From a virus, in the IMG/VR virus record IMGVR_UViG_3300029857_000010: 45,791 bases of DNA; one strand, given 5' to 3'. This document shows positions 34,382 through 42,102 of this stretch, in pieces (within the stretch, counting starts at the first letter, position 1; every line of letters starts with the position of its first letter). A model generated the notes under the pieces. The model was not told where the DNA came from, did not search any database, and was given only the letters and a program-made list of their open reading frames with translations. The position numbers and the translations under genes were made by a program.

Positions 34382-34711
34382 TTAAATTTCTTTATATAAC
34401 GGAATAACAATTTGTTGTCCCGCTTGTAACTCTTTACCTATGAGATTGTTATGCTTGCGAATATCAAACATCAGCTCGCGACAATCTCTGTACTTGTCCT
34501 GCTCTTTCATGTGAGCATTTGCAATATCCCACACTGTCTCCCCTTCGCTTACATAGTAAGCAACCAGGGTTCTGCTATAACTAGGGAACAAAAAACCATG
34601 TGCTCTAACGGCCAGCTTTGCGGCGCTGCCACCAGTCAGAAAGACAAGACCGGCAAGAAGCATAGCAGTGATGACAAACGCTTTCACTAAGCCTTTAGTA
34701 GTCTTACTCAT
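34382..34711 (-). CDS. membrane-anchored LysM-domain protein, about 109 aa from the SD-supported start
   Basis: LysM signature YYVSEGETVWDIANAHM…LIGKELQAGQQIVIPL follows an N-terminal TM segment. SD AAAGGATGG precedes the MSK start. Confidence 0.55.
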   Translation of the reverse strand: MSKTTKGLVKAFVITAMLLAGLVFLTGGSAAKLAVRAHGFLFPSYSRTLVAYYVSEGETVWDIANAHMKEQDKYRDCRELMFDIRKHNNLIGKELQAGQQIVIPLYKEI

Positions 34712-34863
34712 TTGCCCCATCCTTTCATAACAATCTTGCGCCAGCACTCGCCGCCGCTGCACACGGTAACAAGCAGGCCGCTTTCCTTATCTACTACTTT
34801 AGAGAAGTTCATGTGCGACAAGTCTTTACCGCACACAGCGCATTTTCTCTTTTTCCTAGTCAT
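34708..34863 (-). CDS. small zinc-ribbon protein, 51 aa
   Basis: SD GGAGGT 5 nt upstream. CxxC…CxxxxC pattern. ATGA overlaps on both sides, indicating translational coupling. Confidence 0.45.
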   Translation of the reverse strand: MTRKKRKCAVCGKDLSHMNFSKVVDKESGLLVTVCSGGECWRKIVMKGWGK

Positions 34864-35078
34864 TCGTACCTCCAAACTTCTGCCTCTAAGTCAAGAGGCG
34901 TAATCCCCATGTACTCAGCAAACTTTGCGGGGCTGATATGATAAGCCCAACTCTTTTTACTGCTGGCGTGAATTGCCACGCCGAACGGTAACGCGCCACT
35001 ACGCAGGCCCATACGCACAAACATTTCGCTTTTCTGCATAAGCCGCGCGGCTGTTTTAATAGGAACGTTTCCAAGCAT
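34860..35078 (-). CDS. excisionase-family / Xis-like HTH DNA-binding protein, 72 aa
   Basis: Pattern IKTAARLMQKSEMFVRMGLRSGALPFGV matches the Xis/AlpA-type HTH. SD AAAGGAGG. Confidence 0.5.
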   Translation of the reverse strand: MLGNVPIKTAARLMQKSEMFVRMGLRSGALPFGVAIHASSKKSWAYHISPAKFAEYMGITPLDLEAEVWRYE

Positions 35079-35079
35079 C

Positions 35080-35205
35080 TTACTGCCTCCTTTGCTTTAG
35101 AAAACGCATTGCCGTTTCGTAGCGTTTTTCAGCTCTTTCAATAGCTTCTGCGCGTTCTTTCTTTTTAGCTTTTTCTTCCAGCGTGTCACACCGGATTGCG
35201 CCCAT
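35080..35205 (-). CDS. small hypothetical protein, 41 aa
   Basis: Short ORF coupled to the downstream gene. Confidence 0.3.
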   Translation of the reverse strand: MGAIRCDTLEEKAKKKERAEAIERAEKRYETAMRFLKQRRQ

Positions 35206-35296
35206 GATTCTTTTCAAATCTTTGTCGGTACTACTATTCAAAGCACACCTCCTGCCCGCGCCGACGCTAGGCGCGGGGCTTGTTTCTATTTCAGCC

Positions 35297-35461
35297 CTAC
35301 TGGCCGACTACCTGTTGCTGCTGTTCACACAGTCTTACGGCAGCTTGCAAGCCCTGCATATATGCGGCCGCAACCATAAGGCCGTCCGCTTTAAGTTTGG
35401 ACATGTCAACCGCCGTGCGCTTTACGCGCTTTTCAGTGAATACTTCTTGCTTTACTTCCAT
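35297..35461 (-). CDS. small hypothetical protein, 54 aa
   Basis: ORF with SD-like GAAAGGGG. Confidence 0.3.
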   Translation of the reverse strand: MEVKQEVFTEKRVKRTAVDMSKLKADGLMVAAAYMQGLQAAVRLCEQQQQVVGQ

Positions 35462-35523
35462 TATTCTCGCCCCTTTCCATCTCTCCCGTGCTATAATAGG
35501 TATTACAGAACGGAGGTGATATT

Positions 35524-35700
35524 ATGTTTATTGAAATGCCTAAAAAATGTCCAATTACCGGAGGTATGGCTACCGGTATTAAAATTGATTGTCCAGGCTG
35601 CGCTTTTTATATTGACCAGGAAAAGCAGTGCCGGATAATCTCTACAGATAACAACATCAAGCTTCTGCTTGCTCTTCTTCAAAAACAACAGCAACGTTAG
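35524..35700 (+). CDS. small Cys-rich (zinc-ribbon-like) protein on the opposite strand, 58 aa
   Basis: Strong SD GGAGGTG 7 nt upstream. Extended -10 TGCTATAAT at 35489-35497. 3' end is convergent with and overlaps the 35657..35851 gene. Confidence 0.4.
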   Translation: MFIEMPKKCPITGGMATGIKIDCPGCAFYIDQEKQCRIISTDNNIKLLLALLQKQQQR

Positions 35701-35851
35701 AATTACATTCGATTACGTAGCTACAGAAGTCAAGCATCTGCTTTGCTGCTACCTGATTCTGACCGTTGAGCAAACCAAGAATTTGTTTAGCAGTCTTTTT
35801 TTCTTCTGCTGTCAGCTTTTGGCTTTCGCTCAGCTCATTAAAGCTATACAT
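35657..35851 (-). CDS. first early-operon protein, 64 aa, hypothetical
   Basis: SD GGAGGG. First gene downstream of the early promoter. Confidence 0.5.
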   Translation of the reverse strand: MYSFNELSESQKLTAEEKKTAKQILGLLNGQNQVAAKQMLDFCSYVIECNSNVAVVFEEEQAEA

Positions 35852-35918
35852 CCTCTTTCCCTCCTTCCGATGTTTTTGAAAATCGTTTTTTTCTTTTTAA
35901 AAAACATCCTGTGTTATT

Positions 35919-35947
35919 ATTCTACATCCTAGCGCTGTGTTTGTCAA
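35919..35947 (-). promoter_or_regulatory. early (lytic) promoter TTGACA-17-TAGAAT on the minus strand
   Basis: -35 at complement(35942..35947), -10 at complement(35919..35924). Inverted repeat 35869-35909 in the leader. Confidence 0.5.
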
Positions 35948-35980
35948 TCTATTTTTTGTTTTTTAAAAACATTATTTTTC

Positions 35981-36009
35981 TTGATTTTCCTACCTATATG
36001 TAGTAAAAT
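35981..36009 (+). promoter_or_regulatory. repressor-gene promoter TTGATT-17-TAAAAT
   Basis: -35 at 35981-35986, -10 at 36004-36009. The palindrome TGTTTTTTAAAAACA (35957-35971) lies between the divergent promoters. Confidence 0.45.
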
Positions 36010-36054
36010 AATCGTGCAATGTTTGGTGGAAACACTAGAAAGGAGTGAGCAACA

Positions 36055-36420
36055 ATGAAAGAGCGTTTAAAGCTATTGCGCAAAGCTTTAAAACTAAATC
36101 AACAGGAGTTTGCGGATAAAATTCAGGTCAATCGTTCTACCGTTGCTGGTTATGAACGCGGCTCAACGAATTTATCAGAGCGAACAATCACAGACATCTG
36201 CCGTGTATTTTACGTTAATGAAGATTGGCTACGTACTGGCGAAGGTGAAATGTTCCGTGCCAGGAATACAACCAACGAAGAATTAGCACTGCAAGTTGGC
36301 AAACTGCTAAAGACAGATGATGAGTTTACCAAGAATCTATTTTTGGAATATCTCAAACTGCCGCCCGAAATGAAAACTTTATTTGAAGATTTCGTTCACA
36401 ATCTGGCGAAAAGCAAATAA
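36055..36420 (+). CDS. CI-like XRE-family repressor, 121 aa
   Basis: HTH NQQEFADKIQVNRSTVAGYERG. Transcribed divergently from the early operon and adjacent to the integrase. Confidence 0.65.
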   Translation: MKERLKLLRKALKLNQQEFADKIQVNRSTVAGYERGSTNLSERTITDICRVFYVNEDWLRTGEGEMFRARNTTNEELALQVGKLLKTDDEFTKNLFLEYLKLPPEMKTLFEDFVHNLAKSK

Positions 36421-36430
36421 CCGGCAAATA

Positions 36431-36470
36431 AAAAAATCCCCCGTACCATCCGCGGTACGGGGGATTTTGC
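36431..36470. terminator. bidirectional rho-independent terminator
   Basis: 12-bp stem ATCCCCCGTACC/GGTACGGGGGAT flanked by an A-run and a T-run. Confidence 0.7.
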
Positions 36471-36783
36471 TATACCTTTTAAATTAGTGCAGCAAATAAA
36501 AAATCAATCTTCGTCTACAAGTCCAAGGATAAAGCTGTATATGACAGCCAGCGTTTCTTCATCTTTCACTTCCTGCAATATACCGATTATCCTACTCAAT
36601 AAAACCTGCATTATGCCCTCCATTCAAATTAAAGCAGGCCTACAACACTAAGAACCTATTTATATTCTACCACTAAACTCGCTCATTATAAAGAGTTTTA
36701 GGAAAAGTAATTATTTGAATTGCAGTTTACATTTAAATGTGCTATTATTAAATCAAATAAAGACAGAAAGTGAGGTGGTTAAC

Positions 36784-36879
36784 ATGGTTGACAGTGACAC
36801 TATAAGCCTACAGATTAAGAACCTCTATCAAACAATTTTCGCTGTGCCATTGGCGCAAGGCGTGACATGGGCAGTCTAA
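36784..36879 (+). CDS. 31-aa small peptide ORF with its own SD
   Basis: SD GTGAGGTGG 5 nt before the ATG. Followed directly by a terminator. Confidence 0.3.
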   Translation: MVDSDTISLQIKNLYQTIFAVPLAQGVTWAV

Positions 36880-36900
36880 AAAGCTGCCCATTATTTTTTT
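36869..36900 (+). terminator. rho-independent terminator
   Basis: Stem GGGCAG…CTGCCC followed by attattttttttatt. Confidence 0.6.
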
Positions 36901-36924
36901 TATTACAAAGGAGAGTGCTTGTAA

Positions 36925-37511
36925 TGAGATTTAATCCAATAGAGTTTTTCTATGAGTTGCTTAACGGAAATCCTTATCTTATTGGTGTGCTAATCTTTAC
37001 CGTGTGTATATCTCTTATTCCTAATTCGTTATGCGAAACTATATTAGAACTGCCCCAAAAAATAAAAAAGATGTTTGCAAAGAAGCCTGTTGATGCACCA
37101 ATTCAACAGGTCAACCAAAATTACGACTTCGTTCCGTCTGACGATAATTATTTTACTTTCAAAGGCAGAATAGGAAGAAAAGTTTTTATTAAAAGAACCG
37201 CTTTTGCATATTTAGGAATTATTCTGGTAGCGTTATTCTTTGCATGGTTGACAGATTCAACAAGTAAAATAGAAAAAAATCCTCTATATATCGCATTAAT
37301 ACTTGCCTTTATGGTTCCGTTTACCCTCTTCTTATACGCCAATATGAACAGACGCTTTCATGATATTGGCAAAAGCTCAAACTGGACATTGGCAATGTTC
37401 CTTGCAAGTAATACTGTTGCGCCGATTTATTTTCTTGCACTGCTTTATTTATTTTGCAAAAAAGGTAATCCCGACGCAAACGAATATGGCCCAAATCCAT
37501 TGCAGCAATAA
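36925..37511 (+). CDS. DUF805-family inner-membrane protein (moron between repressor and integrase), 195 aa
   Basis: DUF805 signatures GRIGRKVFIKRTAF…, NRRFHDIGKSSNWTL and GNPDANEYGPNP. SD AAAGGAGAG. The track's longer start at 36867 lacks an SD. Confidence 0.65.
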
Positions 37512-37532
37512 GCAACGATATTTTCAAACAAA

Positions 37533-37582
37533 AACAACAATAGCCCACGCCGTACACGTGAGCTATTGTTGCTGTTGTTTTT
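37533..37582 (+). terminator. rho-independent terminator after the DUF805 gene
   Basis: About 12-bp stem AACAACAATAGC/GCTATTGTTGCT followed by GTTTTTG. Confidence 0.6.
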
Positions 37583-37933
37583 GCCGAACCGTAAACACAA
37601 TTTTGAAAGGAGGTTGTTTAGCATAAAGAATCTGAACACATGAAAACCTAGAAAAAAGGAGAGCTAAGGAAAATCAAGATTGCATCTTCATTTCAACACC
37701 CCGAAAAAATGAAGGTACTATAGTGCTTGTATCAGTGTTCGCGGAAACTGCGCCGTCTACTGCGCCTACACCGGACCGCACAGCCGCCCCGAACACCTAC
37801 TTATATTATATCATGATAATATGTTTAATTTGTGAATAATAACTTCATATAAACGCTTGAAAGAATTAATACACAGTTTATCCACAACTGTTGCAAAAAA
37901 TGCAACAACTGAAAAAGGAAGGAGCAACTAAAC

Positions 37934-38953
37934 ATGAAATTACCTAACGGCTATGGCTCTGTTACGAAGCTGACCGGGAACCGGCGGCGGCCGTATATGG
38001 TCCGCATTACAACGGGCTTTACCGATGAAGGTCGCCAGCTTATGAAAATACTAGGCTACTATGCAAAGCGCACGGAAGCCCTTAATGCCCTGGCTGAATA
38101 CAATCAATCACCCTATGATGTTGAAAGCGTAGGCTTGACGTTTGCCCAGGTACACGAGAGATGGGAAGCCGCAACCTACGTTGACGGCAAAGAGCAATCT
38201 AACCAATATAAGGCAGCATATAAGCGCTGCGCGCCACTATGGGATATACCGTTCAAAGATATTAAGACTGCGCAATTTCAGCAAGTCATAAATGACTGCG
38301 ACAAAGGCTACGCTACCAAGAAGGCAATCCGAATCGTATGTAATCTGATGGCCAAATATGCGCTTGCTAATGATATTATAGTAAAAAATTATGTTGAGCT
38401 TACTAGCCTACCGCCCCAGGTTGAAAGCAGAATACACAATCCGCTTACTAAAAAGGAGCTTGCTATATTATGGGAAAACAGCAAGGATATAAAAGTGCAA
38501 GCCGTGCTTATCCTCTGTTATACCGGCATGCGCCCCACCGAGCTAGTGAAGGTTGAGAAGGCGAACGTCGACTTTGAAAATAAATTCTTCGTTGGCGGCA
38601 TGAAAACTGCGGCAGGCCGCGGCAGAAGAATTCCTATTGCTGATAAAATATTCGACTTCTTCAAGGATGCTTGTGAACGCAGCACCGGCGAATATATCTT
38701 TTCTGATGAACGGGGCAAGAATATATCCTATGACGCATACCGCAGCAGATATTGGGAACCGGTAATGAATATGTTTAAGATGGACCACTTGCCCGGTGAC
38801 GGCCGCCACACTTGCGCAAGCCTGCTTGATGATAAAGACGTAAATGTAAAAATCAAGAAGCTAATTCTGGGGCACGCCAGCTCCGATGTAACGGAAAGGG
38901 TTTACACTCATAAGACGTTGGAACAACTATTAGAGGCTATAAATTTAATATAG
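37934..38953 (+). CDS. int: tyrosine recombinase / integrase with AP2-like arm-binding N-terminus
   Basis: N-terminus MKLPNGYGSVTKLTGNRRRPYMVRIT is the AP2-like arm-binding domain signature. Catalytic region has TGMRPTEL and LGHASSDVTERVYTH (H-x-x-R…Y). Confidence 0.8.
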   Translation: MKLPNGYGSVTKLTGNRRRPYMVRITTGFTDEGRQLMKILGYYAKRTEALNALAEYNQSPYDVESVGLTFAQVHERWEAATYVDGKEQSNQYKAAYKRCAPLWDIPFKDIKTAQFQQVINDCDKGYATKKAIRIVCNLMAKYALANDIIVKNYVELTSLPPQVESRIHNPLTKKELAILWENSKDIKVQAVLILCYTGMRPTELVKVEKANVDFENKFFVGGMKTAAGRGRRIPIADKIFDFFKDACERSTGEYIFSDERGKNISYDAYRSRYWEPVMNMFKMDHLPGDGRHTCASLLDDKDVNVKIKKLILGHASSDVTERVYTHKTLEQLLEAINLI

Positions 38954-39200
38954 TTTGTTACATACGTGTTACATATGTGTTACATACCTGTTACATACGT
39001 AGCTTATTTTCTATGAGCTGTGGACACTTTTTGAAAATAACGGAAGCAAAGAAAAAGCCAGCAACCTGCATGGTTACGGGCTTTTCTTGCGATTTGTGAT
39101 TGATTGAGATAGCCTTCTCTATTAACGTTTGGTAAATTGAGCACCCTTATTTTAAGCCATTCTTTACGCTATTTGTTACATACCTGTCACATACGATATG
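38954..39200. other. putative attP region with 11-bp arm-type direct repeats (TGTTACATAC-like)
   Basis: Four tandem 11-bp copies at 38954-38997 and two more at 39174-39195, flanking about 175 bp of noncoding sequence. They lie immediately 3' of int. Confidence 0.55.
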
Positions 39201-39237
39201 TACTTTATATGTGCTCATATCGCTTTAAGGTTTACAG

Positions 39238-39687
39238 TTAGGCTTCCATCTGCGCCAGCCAAGCGTCAAGAACTTTTCCTTCTGATGCGTCCGGGTCGTT
39301 TATATACGCTTTTGCCATACGCACGTAGTTGTTAGTGTCGCTTCCAAGAATTTCAGCAAAATCACTATGCAGCATATTCATAACATAGTACCAATCAGCT
39401 TTACAACGTATTCCCTGTTGGTCTGCAAATTGGCTAGTCTGTTCAAACGTCCAATGTTCGCCACACGTACCGTCAATGTTCTTCATTTTGGAAACTGCCT
39501 TTTTTGCAAGCTCTTCGTCAAAATGCGGGCCGTATGCTACACAATGCAGTTTATATGCAGTATCCCAAAATAACCGAGGGCAACGGCCGCGCACTTCTTC
39601 TAACGCTTCACAAACTATTTCTTCCATCTCTTCTATCTTTACTGGGTCAGCGCTTACCTTCTCCCAATATTTCTTTAGTTTATGCAT
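39238..39687 (-). CDS. hypothetical protein, 149 aa, last gene before attP
   Basis: ORF at the terminal moron position. Confidence 0.45.
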   Translation of the reverse strand: MHKLKKYWEKVSADPVKIEEMEEIVCEALEEVRGRCPRLFWDTAYKLHCVAYGPHFDEELAKKAVSKMKNIDGTCGEHWTFEQTSQFADQQGIRCKADWYYVMNMLHSDFAEILGSDTNNYVRMAKAYINDPDASEGKVLDAWLAQMEA

Positions 39688-39699
39688 AACGTCGCCCCC

Positions 39700-40122
39700 T
39701 TACGCCATTTTTACAACGCTCAAAGATACATTGCTGATAGTGCCTGCTGCCGTAGCCTGCACCTGCAACGCTGCATTATTATCAATCACACAGCAACTAG
39801 GCAATACTCTAAGCAGTGTAGCAAAGGAGATATTATAAGTATCACCTGTAGCACCGGTTACTGTTGCTTCTGCTCCCGGTACTGCTACACCATTACGAAG
39901 AAGATTTAAACCTATATCGCCTGCCGCAGTCGGGGTAATATCAGCGTTCAAAGTCACAAGGTAAAGTCCCTGGATAAGGTTAACGCTTGTACTTCCTGCC
40001 GTATGCTTAATAGATACACCAGTCAAAAGATTGTTAGTAGGGAAACCGACAAAGCCGTTCGCTGTTACAGTCTGCGCCGCCGTTGCTACCGTTGTTAATG
40101 CGGATTTCTGATTGCAAATCAT
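39700..40122 (-). CDS. BclA C-terminal-domain / ExsF-BxpB-like (C1q/TNF-fold) protein, 140 aa
   Basis: Segment GLYLVTLNADITPTAAGDIGLNLLRNGVAVPGAEAT…SLSVVKMA resembles BclA-C GFYKITVIANTATASVLGGLTIQVNGVPVPGTGSS…SIIIEKVA. Confidence 0.5.
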   Translation of the reverse strand: MICNQKSALTTVATAAQTVTANGFVGFPTNNLLTGVSIKHTAGSTSVNLIQGLYLVTLNADITPTAAGDIGLNLLRNGVAVPGAEATVTGATGDTYNISFATLLRVLPSCCVIDNNAALQVQATAAGTISNVSLSVVKMA

Positions 40123-40203
40123 TTGTTTTCACCTCTTTATTAAAGCAATAGGGACGGCTTGCACCGTCCCTTGCAGTGCAGTTAATGCACATAACTTATT
40201 ATT

Positions 40204-40917
40204 TTAGCCTGCGTTATAAGCACAGCCACAAGCACCGGCTACGTTAGCAGCAATGCTTTGATACGGGCTATTCGTAATATAAGCCGGTTGCGGATAAGGT
40301 CTTAATGTACCGATAAGATTTGCACTCTGCGCCTGTTGAGATAATTGGAAGTTTGCAGTCTGCAAGTCGCGGTCACGGTCTGCCAGCTTGTCGCGCAAGT
40401 CTTGGATTTGGTTGGCAATCAGAACTGCTCTGGTCTTTTCACCGTCCTCTTTTACTGCGGTGACAATATCGCAGGTATTACGCGCGTTCTCATAGCGCAC
40501 TGCGTCAATATTTCTGTTAGTTTCGCAGCAGCATTGCTGTTGAGCAAAACGATTTTCGGAAAGCTGACTGCCTAACTGATAGCCGGTCTGCATAATGTCA
40601 CGTTGTACACCATTAAAACCATTCAGCATAGTGCTGTTCTGAGCGTAGAAGCCGTCACACAAACCATTTTGAACGCCACGAATACCTTCTTTAATATCCT
40701 GCATAGAAAATTGGTCTGCGATTTGGTCACGTGTCATACTGCCATTAGCAAAGATTTCTGCGCCCATATTGCCGCGGTTATTCCAATTACCGCCCCAGCC
40801 GCCCATAAGAGCGAAAAGAACGATAATCCACATAAACCACATACCGCCGCCCCAGCAGTCGCCGTAGTTGTTGTTTCTGTTCATGTCCATTACCGGAACA
40901 ATGTTTGCACCTTCCAT
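40204..40917 (-). CDS. membrane/coiled-coil protein with a YjcZ-like N-terminal motif, 237 aa
   Basis: N-terminus GDCWGGGMWFMWIIVLFALMGGWGG resembles the YjcZ-family sporulation protein motif GGGFALIVVLFILLIIVG. Remainder is helical/coiled-coil. Confidence 0.4.
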   Translation of the reverse strand: MEGANIVPVMDMNRNNNYGDCWGGGMWFMWIIVLFALMGGWGGNWNNRGNMGAEIFANGSMTRDQIADQFSMQDIKEGIRGVQNGLCDGFYAQNSTMLNGFNGVQRDIMQTGYQLGSQLSENRFAQQQCCCETNRNIDAVRYENARNTCDIVTAVKEDGEKTRAVLIANQIQDLRDKLADRDRDLQTANFQLSQQAQSANLIGTLRPYPQPAYITNSPYQSIAANVAGACGCAYNAG

Positions 40918-40964
40918 GATAAAATTTCACCTCCAGGAATTATATGTAAAGCTCATTGCGCGCA

Positions 40965-41189
40965 TTAGAGCTTTAAACCGAATTGACTTAAAAACTGAGT
41001 AAACTGTTCGTCACTCATGCCGCGTTGCCTTGCAAGGTTACGTACAGTTTCTTTTAACTGCACTTCGTTCTTGCCTTGCCCCATTTGCATCGCGCGGCTC
41101 ATCATAGGATTCTGCTGTGCTAATTGTGTAAGCATCATCATAGGATTACCGCTGTTCTGTAACATTGCCATTATCTGCATCGGGTTCAT
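40965..41189 (-). CDS. Met/Gln-rich small protein, 74 aa
   Basis: SD GGAGGG within the 3' end of the upstream gene. Low-complexity M/Q/P-rich N-terminus. Confidence 0.4.
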   Translation of the reverse strand: MNPMQIMAMLQNSGNPMMMLTQLAQQNPMMSRAMQMGQGKNEVQLKETVRNLARQRGMSDEQFTQFLSQFGLKL

Positions 41190-41577
41190 GGTTCATCCCT
41201 CCAATCTGCTTTTCCAATCTGTCCACACGTTCTACTAATCTATCTACAATGTTTTGTTCAGCATACGCAGGCTGCTTCTGCGAATTGTTGATTTGGTATA
41301 CTCTGAAAATCGGCAAGCCGTCCAAGCCTATAAGCTTTTCATAAATCTTGCCTTCGGCAGGGCAAGGGAAGAAAGTGCTCGTTCCGTCCAAGTCAATTTG
41401 AGCTGCCTTTGCTTCATCCATGCTGGTAACAATTCTGCCTTTCAATGCCATAGGCATAGGCTGCTGCATAGTTGGCTGGTACATCTGCTGCTGTTGTTGC
41501 TGCAAATAATTCAGCCGTTGCTGCATCTGCGGTGTTGCGCCCATATAAGGGTTATATTGTCCGTACATACTTATCAC
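41146..41577 (-). CDS. Gln-rich protein, 143 aa
   Basis: ORF with a poly-Q stretch (LQQQQQQMYQP). Confidence 0.4.
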   Translation of the reverse strand: MISMYGQYNPYMGATPQMQQRLNYLQQQQQQMYQPTMQQPMPMALKGRIVTSMDEAKAAQIDLDGTSTFFPCPAEGKIYEKLIGLDGLPIFRVYQINNSQKQPAYAEQNIVDRLVERVDRLEKQIGGMNHEPDADNGNVTEQR

Positions 41578-41666
41578 CTCACTTATAGTTTAGCTGTTTT
41601 TTAGCAAACCAATCCCTACAAATTCCCCATAAAAAAAGAACCGCCATAAAAGGCGGCTCGTTGCAT

Positions 41667-41906
41667 TTAAAGGAATGATAATACATTTGTTATTTGTTTA
41701 TACGCAGTATTCAATTCCTTATCCACTGTTTTGACAGATACATTCAATTGCATAGCTATCTGATAGTTAGTCAAGCCTTTTACAAATTTCAGCTCGCAAA
41801 TTTCTACCTGCCGTGGTGTTATCTTTGCTTCTTCCAATACCGCGCTGAAAGAACGCCGCGTTGATGTTTGTAGCCAGTCACGCGTGTTCTTCAGCAGTGT
41901 GTCCAT
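41667..41906 (-). CDS. sigma-70 region-4-like HTH protein, 79 aa, a candidate late-gene or moron regulator
   Basis: ITPRQVEICELKFVKGLTNYQIAMQLNVSVKTVDKELNTAYKQI matches the sigma region-4 / LuxR-type HTH pattern. Confidence 0.5.
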   Translation of the reverse strand: MDTLLKNTRDWLQTSTRRSFSAVLEEAKITPRQVEICELKFVKGLTNYQIAMQLNVSVKTVDKELNTAYKQITNVLSFL

Positions 41907-41913
41907 TTTATTG

Positions 41914-42102
41914 TCACCTACCTAAATAAATAAAAGCTATAGCTGTTGCCGCCCATCCAAACAAAGCGGCACAGATTATCTTTCTTTGGAAAGCAATAGT
42001 TTCTACATAACCTTTTAATAACATTGTAATAATGCCTGCTGGTATTTGTTCCTTTTCATCCATCGTAACACCATCCAATAATTTTATTTTGCAGCTGCGC
42101 AA
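41914..42102 (-). CDS. small membrane protein, 62 aa or shorter
   Basis: C-terminal TM segment ICAALFGWAATAIAFIYLG. Confidence 0.35.
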   Translation of the reverse strand: MRSCKIKLLDGVTMDEKEQIPAGIITMLLKGYVETIAFQRKIICAALFGWAATAIAFIYLGR

